Source: Bdellovibrionia bacterium (GTDB lineage: Bacteria > Bdellovibrionota > UBA1018). Taken from it: DNA of 36,434 nt. The notes beneath the pieces were generated by a model. The model did not search any database and was not told the origin of the DNA. It was given only the letters and a program-made list of their open reading frames with translations. A program made the position numbers and the translations under genes. Of this stretch, positions 27,801 to 34,909 are shown piece after piece; within the stretch, counting starts at the first letter, position 1, and every line of letters starts with the position of its first letter. The DNA lies in assembly GCA_045805065.1 (NCBI GenBank), contig JBJMMA010000217.1, positions 1 through 36,434 of the forward strand, in the 5' to 3' direction.

Positions 27801-28184
27801 CTCCCAAGGCTTGGACAAAAACAGGCGCTTTATTTGAAGCTTTTAAAGATGTTCAAAGAGAAATATGCCCGCTCCGTCGCGACGATCGAAGGCACTGTTG
27901 CGCAGAGGAGCCTGAAGGCGTGCCATGACTACCTTCACAACATGAGAGGGGCATCGGAAAATATATCAGCGACTCGCATCAGTGAAACTCTTCGAGACCT
28001 GGAGGATTTGACGTTTTCTGACTCGCCCTTGGACTCAGATGAGAGGCTTCGATCCATCTCTGAGGCGCTGCCTGCTTTCCAGGATAACCTGCAGGAGCTT
28101 CTTGTTGAGATTGATCTGACGATCAAGGAGCTAGAGAAGCGGTTGGGGGTACGAACTGATATCCAAGGCCATGAATCGCTTTAA
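24855..28184 (+). CDS. Hybrid sensor histidine kinase (2 TM, periplasmic domain, PAS-PAS-HisKA-HATPase-REC-HPt)
   Basis: KSEFLANISHEVRTPLN, NLCSNAIKFT, DTGIGI, GAGLGL, LMDVQMP, HPt-like LHNMRGAS. Confidence 0.95.
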   Translation: MQFEKRGLRRLKQVFVHLAPHSSRRNPVLLQLAVIGAILGLLFVASRWRIERRSKIEMQVLSIASARSSVIQSWINERVADSEVLALDLSQQAEEGWPSSALESMKNRLELIQKVYKYDGIYLIDQNANPFFANNSSTDLDQFPISKNEIRATPAQGVHAWLHEAKRVHGDTELVANFSTRIGHHRAGRDVYLMMRIICPTASWAVGGVSSIAQVQGQFTLSLKQAFGPKVFLGPPESSARFEREVKLQGVDWSLVVGVREKYWNELMAQEFLTYFEILTLGLVSMGLLIREYFKRRATREHAASESRIREEKNLAQKYLDVVGVMLVVVDASQEVSLINRRGLEILKAKDESDVLGKNWFESFIDEVDRAKMKTAFSRLLGSDEDFDSREMENEVVTLDGERRLISWRNTVLRDAMGKVTGVLSSGEDITEKKRITDEIRETQANLLKAQELAHIGAWTRSIDTDEVIWSPQVFKIFGLKPGEFQVTLESLLSLVHREDRERVQDVIIESGKTSTDFSLDYRILMPDGSIRWVSSKCQFDRDPTGRLYRLFGIIQDITDRKELEENLRAATESAKTATQAKSEFLANISHEVRTPLNAVIGLSYLLTQTELTSEQRSYLDKISFSAKLLLGIISDVLDFSRIEARKLELVEEEFDVLELEGALSSLLSDQVKRKGLRFIFERMPDVPCILYGDRLRLIQVLINLCSNAIKFTDKGKISVQVKNLGRLPDGKYQLQFSVRDTGIGIAKEHVAKLFQSFSQVEGAAHRRFGGAGLGLAISKQIVELMEGQISVESVYRQGSCFSFTLPLVAFSKAREHQRDAFSIEDKTTDQGMSHTEYKILLVEDNEINQMVVKDILEGHRYKVVLAESGLQAIQLIIQLIKEEGDQFDLILMDVQMPKIDGYEASRRIRKYLEEQSVEPVPIVALTAYALSAEREKFVQAGMSAFLTKPIDPVELLKVISKFLSGRRKSRASSMILNVEQALPRLGQKQALYLKLLKMFKEKYARSVATIEGTVAQRSLKACHDYLHNMRGASENISATRISETLRDLEDLTFSDSPLDSDERLRSISEALPAFQDNLQELLVEIDLTIKELEKRLGVRTDIQGHESL
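27473..27496 (+). repeat. Exact 12-bp in-frame tandem duplication
   Basis: CATTCAACTCAT twice, giving IQLI-IQLI in the receiver domain. Confidence 0.9.
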
Positions 28185-28836
28185 TGGACCGAGAGTGGCT
28201 CCGGAGTTTTTTTCGAAGCGAGCAGACATGAACGTCAACTGCGCGGTCAAAAGCTTTTGAATCATTTCCCCAAGCACCCGTTAGGATTTGCTCTCGAGTG
28301 AGCACTCGCTCCCTGTTCTTGATGAAGAAGGCAAGTATCTTGAACTCAATGGGGCTAAGGCCCAGATCCACCTTGTCGCTTCCAACAGTCAACGTCGCGC
28401 GATAGGTGTTTCGATCCAGCTCGAGCGCCCCAGACTTCAGTACGCTTTGATCGCTTTCTTGTCTTTGGCGCTTCTTGATTTTTGCCTCAACTCTTGCACG
28501 GAATTCGATGAACTCAAATGGCTTTACAAGGTAATCATCGGCTCCCAAGTTGAAAGCCATGACTTTCTCCGGAAGGCTCCCGCGCGATGAGATGCAAATA
28601 ATCGGTATATCGCTGAGCTCGGGATCTCGTTGAAGCTCGGAAAGAACGCGATAGCCGCTTCCTGACAAGAGGACGATGTCGAGCAAGATCAGATCAAATT
28701 CCGATTGACTGAGGGCTGTCAGCGCCTCTTTCTCCGTTGAGGCAAAGGAAATGTCAAAGTCCCGACCCAAGAATTCTGAAACTACAATCTGAAACTCTTC
28801 TGAGTCTTCAACTAATAGTACTTTCGGCCGTTGCAT
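28123..28836 (-). CDS. OmpR/PhoB-family response regulator
   Basis: VLLVED, LILLD, GADDYLVKPF, winged-helix LSPIEFKIL...R.VDVHV..LRKKL...GLGY. Confidence 0.95.
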   Translation of the reverse strand: MQRPKVLLVEDSEEFQIVVSEFLGRDFDISFASTEKEALTALSQSEFDLILLDIVLLSGSGYRVLSELQRDPELSDIPIICISSRGSLPEKVMAFNLGADDYLVKPFEFIEFRARVEAKIKKRQRQESDQSVLKSGALELDRNTYRATLTVGSDKVDLGLSPIEFKILAFFIKNRERVLTREQILTGAWGNDSKAFDRAVDVHVCSLRKKLRSHSRSIKAIHGLGYQFVPPTASLAP

Positions 28837-28908
28837 TCCAATTCATCTTTCCTTGAAAGTCGATCAAATGGAAGTCATTTCGTAGAGCGGTAAGTCTTAA
28901 CGGCCGTG

Positions 28909-30591
28909 TTAAAAGCTGTCTTGAAATCGCTGATCATTTTGGAGAGGGACTGTCTTGGCTGAGCTATCTGGAAGCGGCTTGGACGAGGCTGCTTCAATCC
29001 GAGGGTCCTCGTTGGATCCTCTGACGAGAGTGTCCAGTTGCTGGATTGAAGTACGCAGGCGCTCAGCCTGATTTGAAAGTTGGCCTGAGGCAGTGGCCGA
29101 TTGCTGGGACGCAGCTGCGTTTTGTTGAGTGACCTGATCAAGTTGCGTCATGGCTTTTGTGATTTCCTTGACTCCTTGAGACTGCTCCTGAGACGCGGTC
29201 GTGATTTCCTGAACCAGTTGGTTGACCAAGACGACTTTTTCCACCAGTTGCTCCAGAGTCTCGGCGCAATGGCGTGCCTTTTGAGTGCCAGTTTCGATTT
29301 TGTCTTTTCCGGTAGAGATCAGTCCTTCCACATTTGATTTCGTGGTGGTCACGATACCTTCAACTTTTGAGATGCTTGATTCGAGCATTTCAAAAATTTC
29401 TTTGGCGGCATTTCCGCTCATTTGGGCAAGATTACCGACCTCTTCTGCAACGACTGCGAAGCCTTTCCCTTGTTCACCGGCTCTCGCTGCCTCAACGGAT
29501 GCATTGAACGAAAGCAGCTTGGTTTGAAAGACGATGTCATTGATGACTCGCGTTTTAGCCGAGATATCGCTGATGACCTGAACGATCTCCGTCAGCTCTT
29601 TATTGCTCCTCTCAACCTCATGCATGATGCGGGCGTTCGCTTCATTGATTTCGAGGATGGCATTCAGCATTTCACTGGTGGATTCTTTCCCCTGATGCGC
29701 AATCGTCTCGCTGGCGCACGCAGTCTCGCCCGATCTTTTCGCGGATTCCGCGTTGCGGGAAATCATGGCGCTCATTTCTTCGATGGATGCTGATGTCTCC
29801 TGGAGTGAGGAGGATTGTTCAGCAGTGCTTGCTGAGAGTTCTTCGCTTGTGGAGGACATCTGCATAGAGGCGGATGCGACTTCTTCGGAAGTGTGCCGCA
29901 GAGTCTCTGTCAGCCGTTGGAGAGTGGATGAGATGTTCCGGGCTAAAATGTATCCCACCGCCATTCCAAACGTGACCGCAAGCAGAGATAATGCGAATAT
30001 GGTGTGATCCGTTCGATCCGCCTCACTCAGTGCTATGGTGGTCCATTTCTTTGCTTCTCCATCTTGAAAGGCGATCATATTATCGATCGCGTTGTAGAAG
30101 TCGTTGCATAAATCCGACATAGGCTTGATTTTCAAGTCTGAGGACGCGTTCGGTGAGGTCGGTGAGGCGGCCCATGCTTTGTGATAGTCTGCTTCAATCT
30201 GTTGTTTTAGAGTTTTGATCTTTTCCCAGGTTTGCTCGATCGGCTTGTATTTTTCCTCTTCTCCGTCAACAAAGGGCACAGCCTTGTAGATCTCGTTGGC
30301 TTTTTCAAAGTGCGTTATATTGTCTGTTATGGAAGCGAGTAACTTATCTTTTTCGGCTTTTGTGTATTCGGAGGAGGCGAGGCGCATCAGTCGTGCCTGG
30401 ATTCGGCTGACTTCAAAGCGCATGATTCCCAAATTGGTTGAATTGGGAAAATTGATCTCAGCGACATGCTTGAAATTCGCTGTCACGCCTTTCAGGCCTC
30501 GATAAGACGTGAGTCCAACGAAGAGAATAAATAATGATAGAACCGCGCACAGTCCTAATAGCTTGGTTTTCAGGCTCCAGTTGAGTTTCAT
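28909..30591 (-). CDS. Methyl-accepting chemotaxis protein with periplasmic four-helix-bundle sensor
   Basis: Two TM segments; INDIVFQTKLLSFNASVEAARAGEQGKGFAVVAEEV. Confidence 0.95.
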   Translation of the reverse strand: MKLNWSLKTKLLGLCAVLSLFILFVGLTSYRGLKGVTANFKHVAEINFPNSTNLGIMRFEVSRIQARLMRLASSEYTKAEKDKLLASITDNITHFEKANEIYKAVPFVDGEEEKYKPIEQTWEKIKTLKQQIEADYHKAWAASPTSPNASSDLKIKPMSDLCNDFYNAIDNMIAFQDGEAKKWTTIALSEADRTDHTIFALSLLAVTFGMAVGYILARNISSTLQRLTETLRHTSEEVASASMQMSSTSEELSASTAEQSSSLQETSASIEEMSAMISRNAESAKRSGETACASETIAHQGKESTSEMLNAILEINEANARIMHEVERSNKELTEIVQVISDISAKTRVINDIVFQTKLLSFNASVEAARAGEQGKGFAVVAEEVGNLAQMSGNAAKEIFEMLESSISKVEGIVTTTKSNVEGLISTGKDKIETGTQKARHCAETLEQLVEKVVLVNQLVQEITTASQEQSQGVKEITKAMTQLDQVTQQNAAASQQSATASGQLSNQAERLRTSIQQLDTLVRGSNEDPRIEAASSKPLPDSSAKTVPLQNDQRFQDSF

Positions 30592-30639
30592 TCCGAATAT
30601 CCCCTGGATATATATTCGGAAGAGGTGGTTTGAGGTTTG
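30591..30639 (-). promoter_or_regulatory. Possible sigma28 promoter and 10-bp inverted repeat upstream of MCP
   Basis: Minus strand CAAA-15 nt-TCCGAATA; TTCCGAATAT(30591-600)/ATATTCGGAA(30612-621). Confidence 0.45.
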
Positions 30640-30693
30640 TTATGGAGTTGTTTGAAAACCTTAATATGTGAAAATATTTCATTTCACGGTCCC

Positions 30694-30737
30694 AAAATAA
30701 AGAACGGGCATTGCCGTTGAGCAATGCCCGCTCTTTT
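30694..30737 (-). terminator. Intrinsic terminator (possibly bidirectional)
   Basis: CGGGCATTGC/GCAATGCCCG 10-bp stem flanked by A-rich and T-rich tails, about 30 nt after stop 30769. Confidence 0.85.
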
Positions 30738-30768
30738 CAGACTCGTGCCACGCTGAGTGGGTCAGTGA

Positions 30769-31956
30769 TTAGACGCCGATGATTCCACCGCAGAATGGAC
30801 CCGAGCAGCTCGTAGGGCTCGGGGATGGGGTCACCGTGGTCGTAGGCGTAGGAGTTGCCGAAGAACCCGTAGGTGAAGCCGTTGGACTTGGCGAGGCCGA
30901 AGGATCGCTACTAGGCGAATCCGATGGAGTTGGGCTTACCGTAGGATCAACCGTAGGCGAAGCTGACGGTTCTACACTAGGCGAAGCTGACGGTTCGACA
31001 CTAGGAGTAGCCGAAGGCTCAACACTTGGGGAACTCGTTGGTTCAGCACTTGGCGAAGCGGATGGGCTAGCCGAAGGACTTGCCGAAGGTGAGCTCGAAG
31101 GAGTTGGGATTGGATCGATCACAGCAACTGGGCAGAATGGAGCTGGATCAAAGGTAAAGCCGTTGCCCGTAAGTGAGATGCTGTTCCAGGCAAGGACAGA
31201 ACCTTGGATGCGGCCATTACCAGAGATCTGTGCCGTTCCGCGAGGAACGATGAACGTTCCTTGCACATTTCCGTTACCGGAGAGGTGTACGCTTGCTCCT
31301 GAGCCAGGCAACCGGAAAAGCACATTTGCTGGAGGAAGGGTTCCAGAGACTACAATGTTGCTGTTGCCGGAGAGCGAAACGTTTCCTGCAACATTGATCA
31401 GAAAGAGATCATTCGCGGTGCCATCCAGAGTCAACGTCTGTTTTCCGGAGAGCGAGACGTTGCCATTCACCTGAATGACATTCAAAGATCCATTTCCGTG
31501 AAGGGTCATGGACGAATTGATCTGTTGGATGGATCCAGTCTCAGGCAAGGATGCCAGGCTGTCGACAAAATCGAGCACGTTTTTCTCATTGCCTGTTAAG
31601 TCACGTACAACAACCGCTCCAACGCTTGCCTTACCGGAAGTGGTGACTTTGTCATTGGAAGGCGTGTAGAGATTTTCCGCGATCTTTGCGTTACCGCTCA
31701 GATGGATGCTTGAGCCACCGAGCAGAACGACGCTTCCCTTGATGGTCGCATTCCCAGAAAAGCTCACGCTCGTGTCTGAGAAGGCCACCAGGCTGGCAGA
31801 CGTTGACAAGCATTGATTCATGCCTGATCGAGCATCTGCTAGTCCCAACAAGGAGAGGTGAGAATTTGAAGAATCAGCAGGAGCTTGGCATCCTGCGGTG
31901 GTGATCGTCGTTAAAATTGCAGCGCCAGTGATGATCGAGTTTTTTGAGATACGCAT
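30769..31956 (-). CDS. Beta-solenoid lipoprotein (DUF3494 ice-binding / choice-of-anchor-A-like) with Pro/Ser/Thr tail
   Basis: Lipobox TAGC; eight S-x-x-L-SGN-like rungs; LTLDG..NDLFLINV, NVLF, QGTFIVP; AGGGAG SD before ATG 31956. Confidence 0.7.
   Translation of the reverse strand: MRISKNSIITGAAILTTITTAGCQAPADSSNSHLSLLGLADARSGMNQCLSTSASLVAFSDTSVSFSGNATIKGSVVLLGGSSIHLSGNAKIAENLYTPSNDKVTTSGKASVGAVVVRDLTGNEKNVLDFVDSLASLPETGSIQQINSSMTLHGNGSLNVIQVNGNVSLSGKQTLTLDGTANDLFLINVAGNVSLSGNSNIVVSGTLPPANVLFRLPGSGASVHLSGNGNVQGTFIVPRGTAQISGNGRIQGSVLAWNSISLTGNGFTFDPAPFCPVAVIDPIPTPSSSPSASPSASPSASPSAEPTSSPSVEPSATPSVEPSASPSVEPSASPTVDPTVSPTPSDSPSSDPSASPSPTASPTGSSATPTPTTTVTPSPSPTSCSGPFCGGIIGV
30810..31110 (-). 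repeat. 12/24-bp periodic coding repeat (SPSA, SPSVEPSA)
   Basis: AGGCGAAGCTGACGGTTC(T/G)ACACT units at 30955-30978 and 30979-31002, degenerate copies on both sides. Confidence 0.85.
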
Positions 31957-31995
31957 ATAACACACTCCCTGACCTGATTTGACTAACTGTTAATA

Positions 31996-32024
31996 AGTGT
32001 AAACAATGTGATTCTCCGCGTCAA
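31996..32024 (-). promoter_or_regulatory. Sigma70 promoter of the beta-solenoid gene
   Basis: Minus strand TTGACG-17 nt-TACACT with AT-rich upstream tract. Confidence 0.8.
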
Positions 32025-32113
32025 TAATTTAAAAACCTTTAAGTTTAAATGACTTAGGCTCAATCTAGGGATTCTGTTTGAAATTTAGAGACTTAAAAAG
32101 GCGCTAATCAAAA

Positions 32114-32129
32114 AGGCATAAATCCCGCA
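32114..32129 (+). promoter_or_regulatory. Weak sigma54-like site upstream of PAS kinase
   Basis: AGGCATA-AATC-CCGCA keeps GG-N10-GC spacing but lacks the TT. Confidence 0.3.
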
Positions 32130-32142
32130 GCGCAAGTTGCGC

Positions 32143-33777
32143 ATGTCTACGGCAAGGAAGCAGCGCGAGCAGCATTCGGATTTCTCACCCGAGTATGAAG
32201 CCATATTCGATGCATTGCCGCCGATGTACCTGGTGCTAACGCCTGACTTTCGAATGGTTGCGGCAAATCGCGCCCGTTTTCAAGGCACGATGTCAGCACC
32301 AGAAAATGTGATCGGGAAAAATGTCTTCGATGTGTTTCCGGATAATCCCAATGACCCTAATGCCACTGGGGTCACAAACCTTCGCGCATCGCTCGAGCGC
32401 GTACTGGCGCTTCGCGTCCCTGATCGGATGGCGATTCAAAAATATGATATTCCGCGTCCCGCTTCACAGGGCGGGGGCTTTGAGGCGCGCTACTGGAGCC
32501 CGCTCAATACGCCAGTGCTCAATGAGGCGGGCGAAGTTCAGTACATCATTCATCAGGTCGAGGACGTTACTGATCTGGTGAAGCTCAAGGAAAAGGAGGT
32601 CGAATACACCGCCTTTAATGAGCAGATGAAGCGTGAGATCGATGAGCGGCGAAAAGTCGAAGCAAAGCTTCGCGCGAGTGAGAAGTTCATCAATGAGGAA
32701 AGGAAGAAGTTCGAGGCGCTTTTTACGGTTTCTCCCGCTGCCATGGCATTGCTGAATGGACCTGATCATATGCTCGAGAAAGCGAACGCAGGCTTTTATG
32801 AGCTTTTTGGAGAGTGCGATATCCTTGGAAAGAGCATTCTAGAGGTCTTCCCTGAGCTGAGAGGCACGGCTTTAAAGGGGATGCTGGACCAGGTGTTCGC
32901 AACAGGCGAGCCCTATTCAGCAACTGAATTCAAGCTCTCGATCAGACGAATCCCGCAGGAAACACCCGAGGACATCTACATCGACTATACCTGCCAAAGG
33001 ATTTCAAACGGTTCCGGGCGCCCTTACGGAGTTTTCATTCACGCAGTGAACGTGACCGATCAGGTCATTGCGAGGATGCTTCGTGAGAGATTTGTCGCGA
33101 CTCTCTCGCATGATCTTAGAAACCCCTTATCGACAGCAAGGATGAGTACGCAGCTGGCTCTGAGGAATCGAAATAAGCCCGACGCCCTCGAGCAAAATCT
33201 CTCCCGCATCACGAGAAGTCTTGCGCGCGCAGATCGCATGATTCAAGACTTGCTGGACGTCAACCGCATCAAAGCGGGACAGAAGCTCTCGGTTCAGGCC
33301 ACGGAGTGCGACCTCAAGAAGATCTTCTCTGAAAGCCTTGAAGAGTTGTCCGTCGTTCATGGAAACCGGTTTCATCTCCAATCGCCCGATCACGTCTCGG
33401 GATATTGGGGCTGCGATGATTTGAGGCGAGTGCTCGAAAATCTCTGCAACAACGCTGTAAAATATGGCGCACCGGAAAGTCCGATCACTGTGTTCATCCA
33501 GCCTGAGGAGGAACGTGTGCTTTTCTCCGTTCATAATACGGGATCGGTGATCCCAGCTGAACAACGGGACACGCTTTTTGAAGCATTCCAAAGATCAGTG
33601 GATGCACAAGAAAGCGGCAAGCAAGGCTGGGGGCTTGGACTGGCGCTGGTCCGCGGAATTGCCGAAGCTCACGGGGGCGCCGTGTCGGTTACAAGCACTC
33701 CAAATGAAGGAACGACATTCACAGTCACTCTGCCTTGGGATGCTCGATCTCGAAATCACGAAAAAGAGAGCGAATGA
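32143..33777 (+). CDS. Cytoplasmic PAS-PAS histidine kinase
   Basis: No TM; PAS with RYWSPLN.PV...YIIHQVEDVT; LSHDLRNPL, NLCNNAVKYG, GWGLGL. Confidence 0.93.
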   Translation: MSTARKQREQHSDFSPEYEAIFDALPPMYLVLTPDFRMVAANRARFQGTMSAPENVIGKNVFDVFPDNPNDPNATGVTNLRASLERVLALRVPDRMAIQKYDIPRPASQGGGFEARYWSPLNTPVLNEAGEVQYIIHQVEDVTDLVKLKEKEVEYTAFNEQMKREIDERRKVEAKLRASEKFINEERKKFEALFTVSPAAMALLNGPDHMLEKANAGFYELFGECDILGKSILEVFPELRGTALKGMLDQVFATGEPYSATEFKLSIRRIPQETPEDIYIDYTCQRISNGSGRPYGVFIHAVNVTDQVIARMLRERFVATLSHDLRNPLSTARMSTQLALRNRNKPDALEQNLSRITRSLARADRMIQDLLDVNRIKAGQKLSVQATECDLKKIFSESLEELSVVHGNRFHLQSPDHVSGYWGCDDLRRVLENLCNNAVKYGAPESPITVFIQPEEERVLFSVHNTGSVIPAEQRDTLFEAFQRSVDAQESGKQGWGLGLALVRGIAEAHGGAVSVTSTPNEGTTFTVTLPWDARSRNHEKESE

Positions 33778-34720
33778 CGGATCGATCGAGACCTCGTGCG
33801 TGGACGGCAGTCATCAGGCCCAGGAAAAATGAAACGCCCAGGTTGAGGACAGTAATGACGAGAAGCCCTAAAGCCGCGGCAGGAAGGCCTGCATGCCAGG
33901 CTTCATGAATTCCGGAGGAGCAAACAGCCAGAAGAAATGCGCCTGCGGAAAGAGTCATATGTCTTACGTCCAGGGCAATGCCTAGGGTGGATCCCAGCAC
34001 AGGAATCACGCTGAACAAAACTCCCAGAGAGATGCTCGAAGCGATTCCATAGGCACGACCTGAAACGGCCGAACCACGGCTGAGAGCCCGGTGCTCAAAC
34101 CAGCCTCCGATCTGGCTCGATAGCCAGAGCAGGATCCCTGTCACGACGGCGCAAGGAATAGTGAGACTGCGGAAAGGGTGGAGCGACTCAATCATGTGGT
34201 GACTTGTCTCAAGATCAAGAAAACTCTGGCCATGATGAAGGATGCGGTAACCAAAATGAAACACGATGACGGACGCAAAAACCAAAGCGAGATTGGTCGC
34301 AGCCGTGATTGCGATGGAGCGGATGATTGCAGACAGATACCGAAGCGCTTTGTGTACTCTTTGTGAGTCATCGGGATGAGATTTAGTGCTAGGCTCGATG
34401 GATTCCAGCACGCGCGCAAACGCAGCTCCTGCGATTGCAGGCTGCTTGGTCACAAGCTTGAAGCTCAAAGCATAAATCAGAAGAAAACTTGCAGCATAGT
34501 TCGTGGCAATGAGCGCGCCGCCAAGAAGAGCCGGAATCCGAAGCCAGAAAATCAGATATTTTCCGATTACGGTCAGAAGCGTGATCAGGCCTCCGCCACT
34601 TCCTGCTTTGCACAGCTTAAGACACTGGGCCCGCGTTCGTGCAACAAACTGGTCTCCAGAGGATGCCGTACGTTCGGCGATGTTTCGGGCCATGATCATC
34701 AAGTCTTTCTTCAAGCGCAC
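33725..34720 (-). CDS. Gcr / SpecificRecomb-family polytopic membrane protein, C-terminal half only
   Basis: MARNIAERT..SGDQF, GGGLIT, NYA.SF......F.L.TKQPA, G..LDVRH.TLSAG, LNLGVSF; start may be TTG 34714. Confidence 0.78.
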   Translation of the reverse strand: MRLKKDLMIMARNIAERTASSGDQFVARTRAQCLKLCKAGSGGGLITLLTVIGKYLIFWLRIPALLGGALIATNYAASFLLIYALSFKLVTKQPAIAGAAFARVLESIEPSTKSHPDDSQRVHKALRYLSAIIRSIAITAATNLALVFASVIVFHFGYRILHHGQSFLDLETSHHMIESLHPFRSLTIPCAVVTGILLWLSSQIGGWFEHRALSRGSAVSGRAYGIASSISLGVLFSVIPVLGSTLGIALDVRHMTLSAGAFLLAVCSSGIHEAWHAGLPAAALGLLVITVLNLGVSFFLGLMTAVHARGLDRSVIRSLFRDFEIEHPKAE

Positions 34721-34760
34721 CGTCCTTTCTTAAATCGCAAAAACAGAAGGGCAGTGTGTG

Positions 34761-34776
34761 AGCAAGACGTGTGCCG
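34761..34776 (-). promoter_or_regulatory. Sigma54 (-24/-12) promoter of the Gcr-like gene
   Basis: Minus strand CGGCACA-CGTC-TTGCT, 40 nt upstream of the start. Confidence 0.75.
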
Positions 34777-34909
34777 GTAAAAATCTTCAAAATAGGGTGA
34801 AAACCGTTCTTAAAAGAGTACAGATGCGGTCAAAAGTGCCGGGTAAGAAAAAACAAGTGTAGGAGATCAAGTACAGAAAGGAGCGGTTCCTCGCTTACTT
34901 GCTTGAGGC

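Noticed and set aside
30810..31110. Periodic repeats as a possible CRISPR array
   Set aside because: Contiguous, degenerate, codon-phased units with no unique spacers and no cas genes
30779..31474. 231-aa plus-strand Gly/Glu/Val-repeat ORF
   Set aside because: Mirror of the Pro/Ser/Thr repeat on the minus strand, which lacks stops for compositional reasons
33725..34720. Mobile element implied by the family name site-specific recombinase
   Set aside because: Protein is hydrophobic and multi-TM, with no tyrosine or serine recombinase motifs and no att-like repeats
34826..34842. Second CGGCAC upstream of the Gcr-like gene as another sigma54 site
   Set aside because: GG to GC spacing is one base too long
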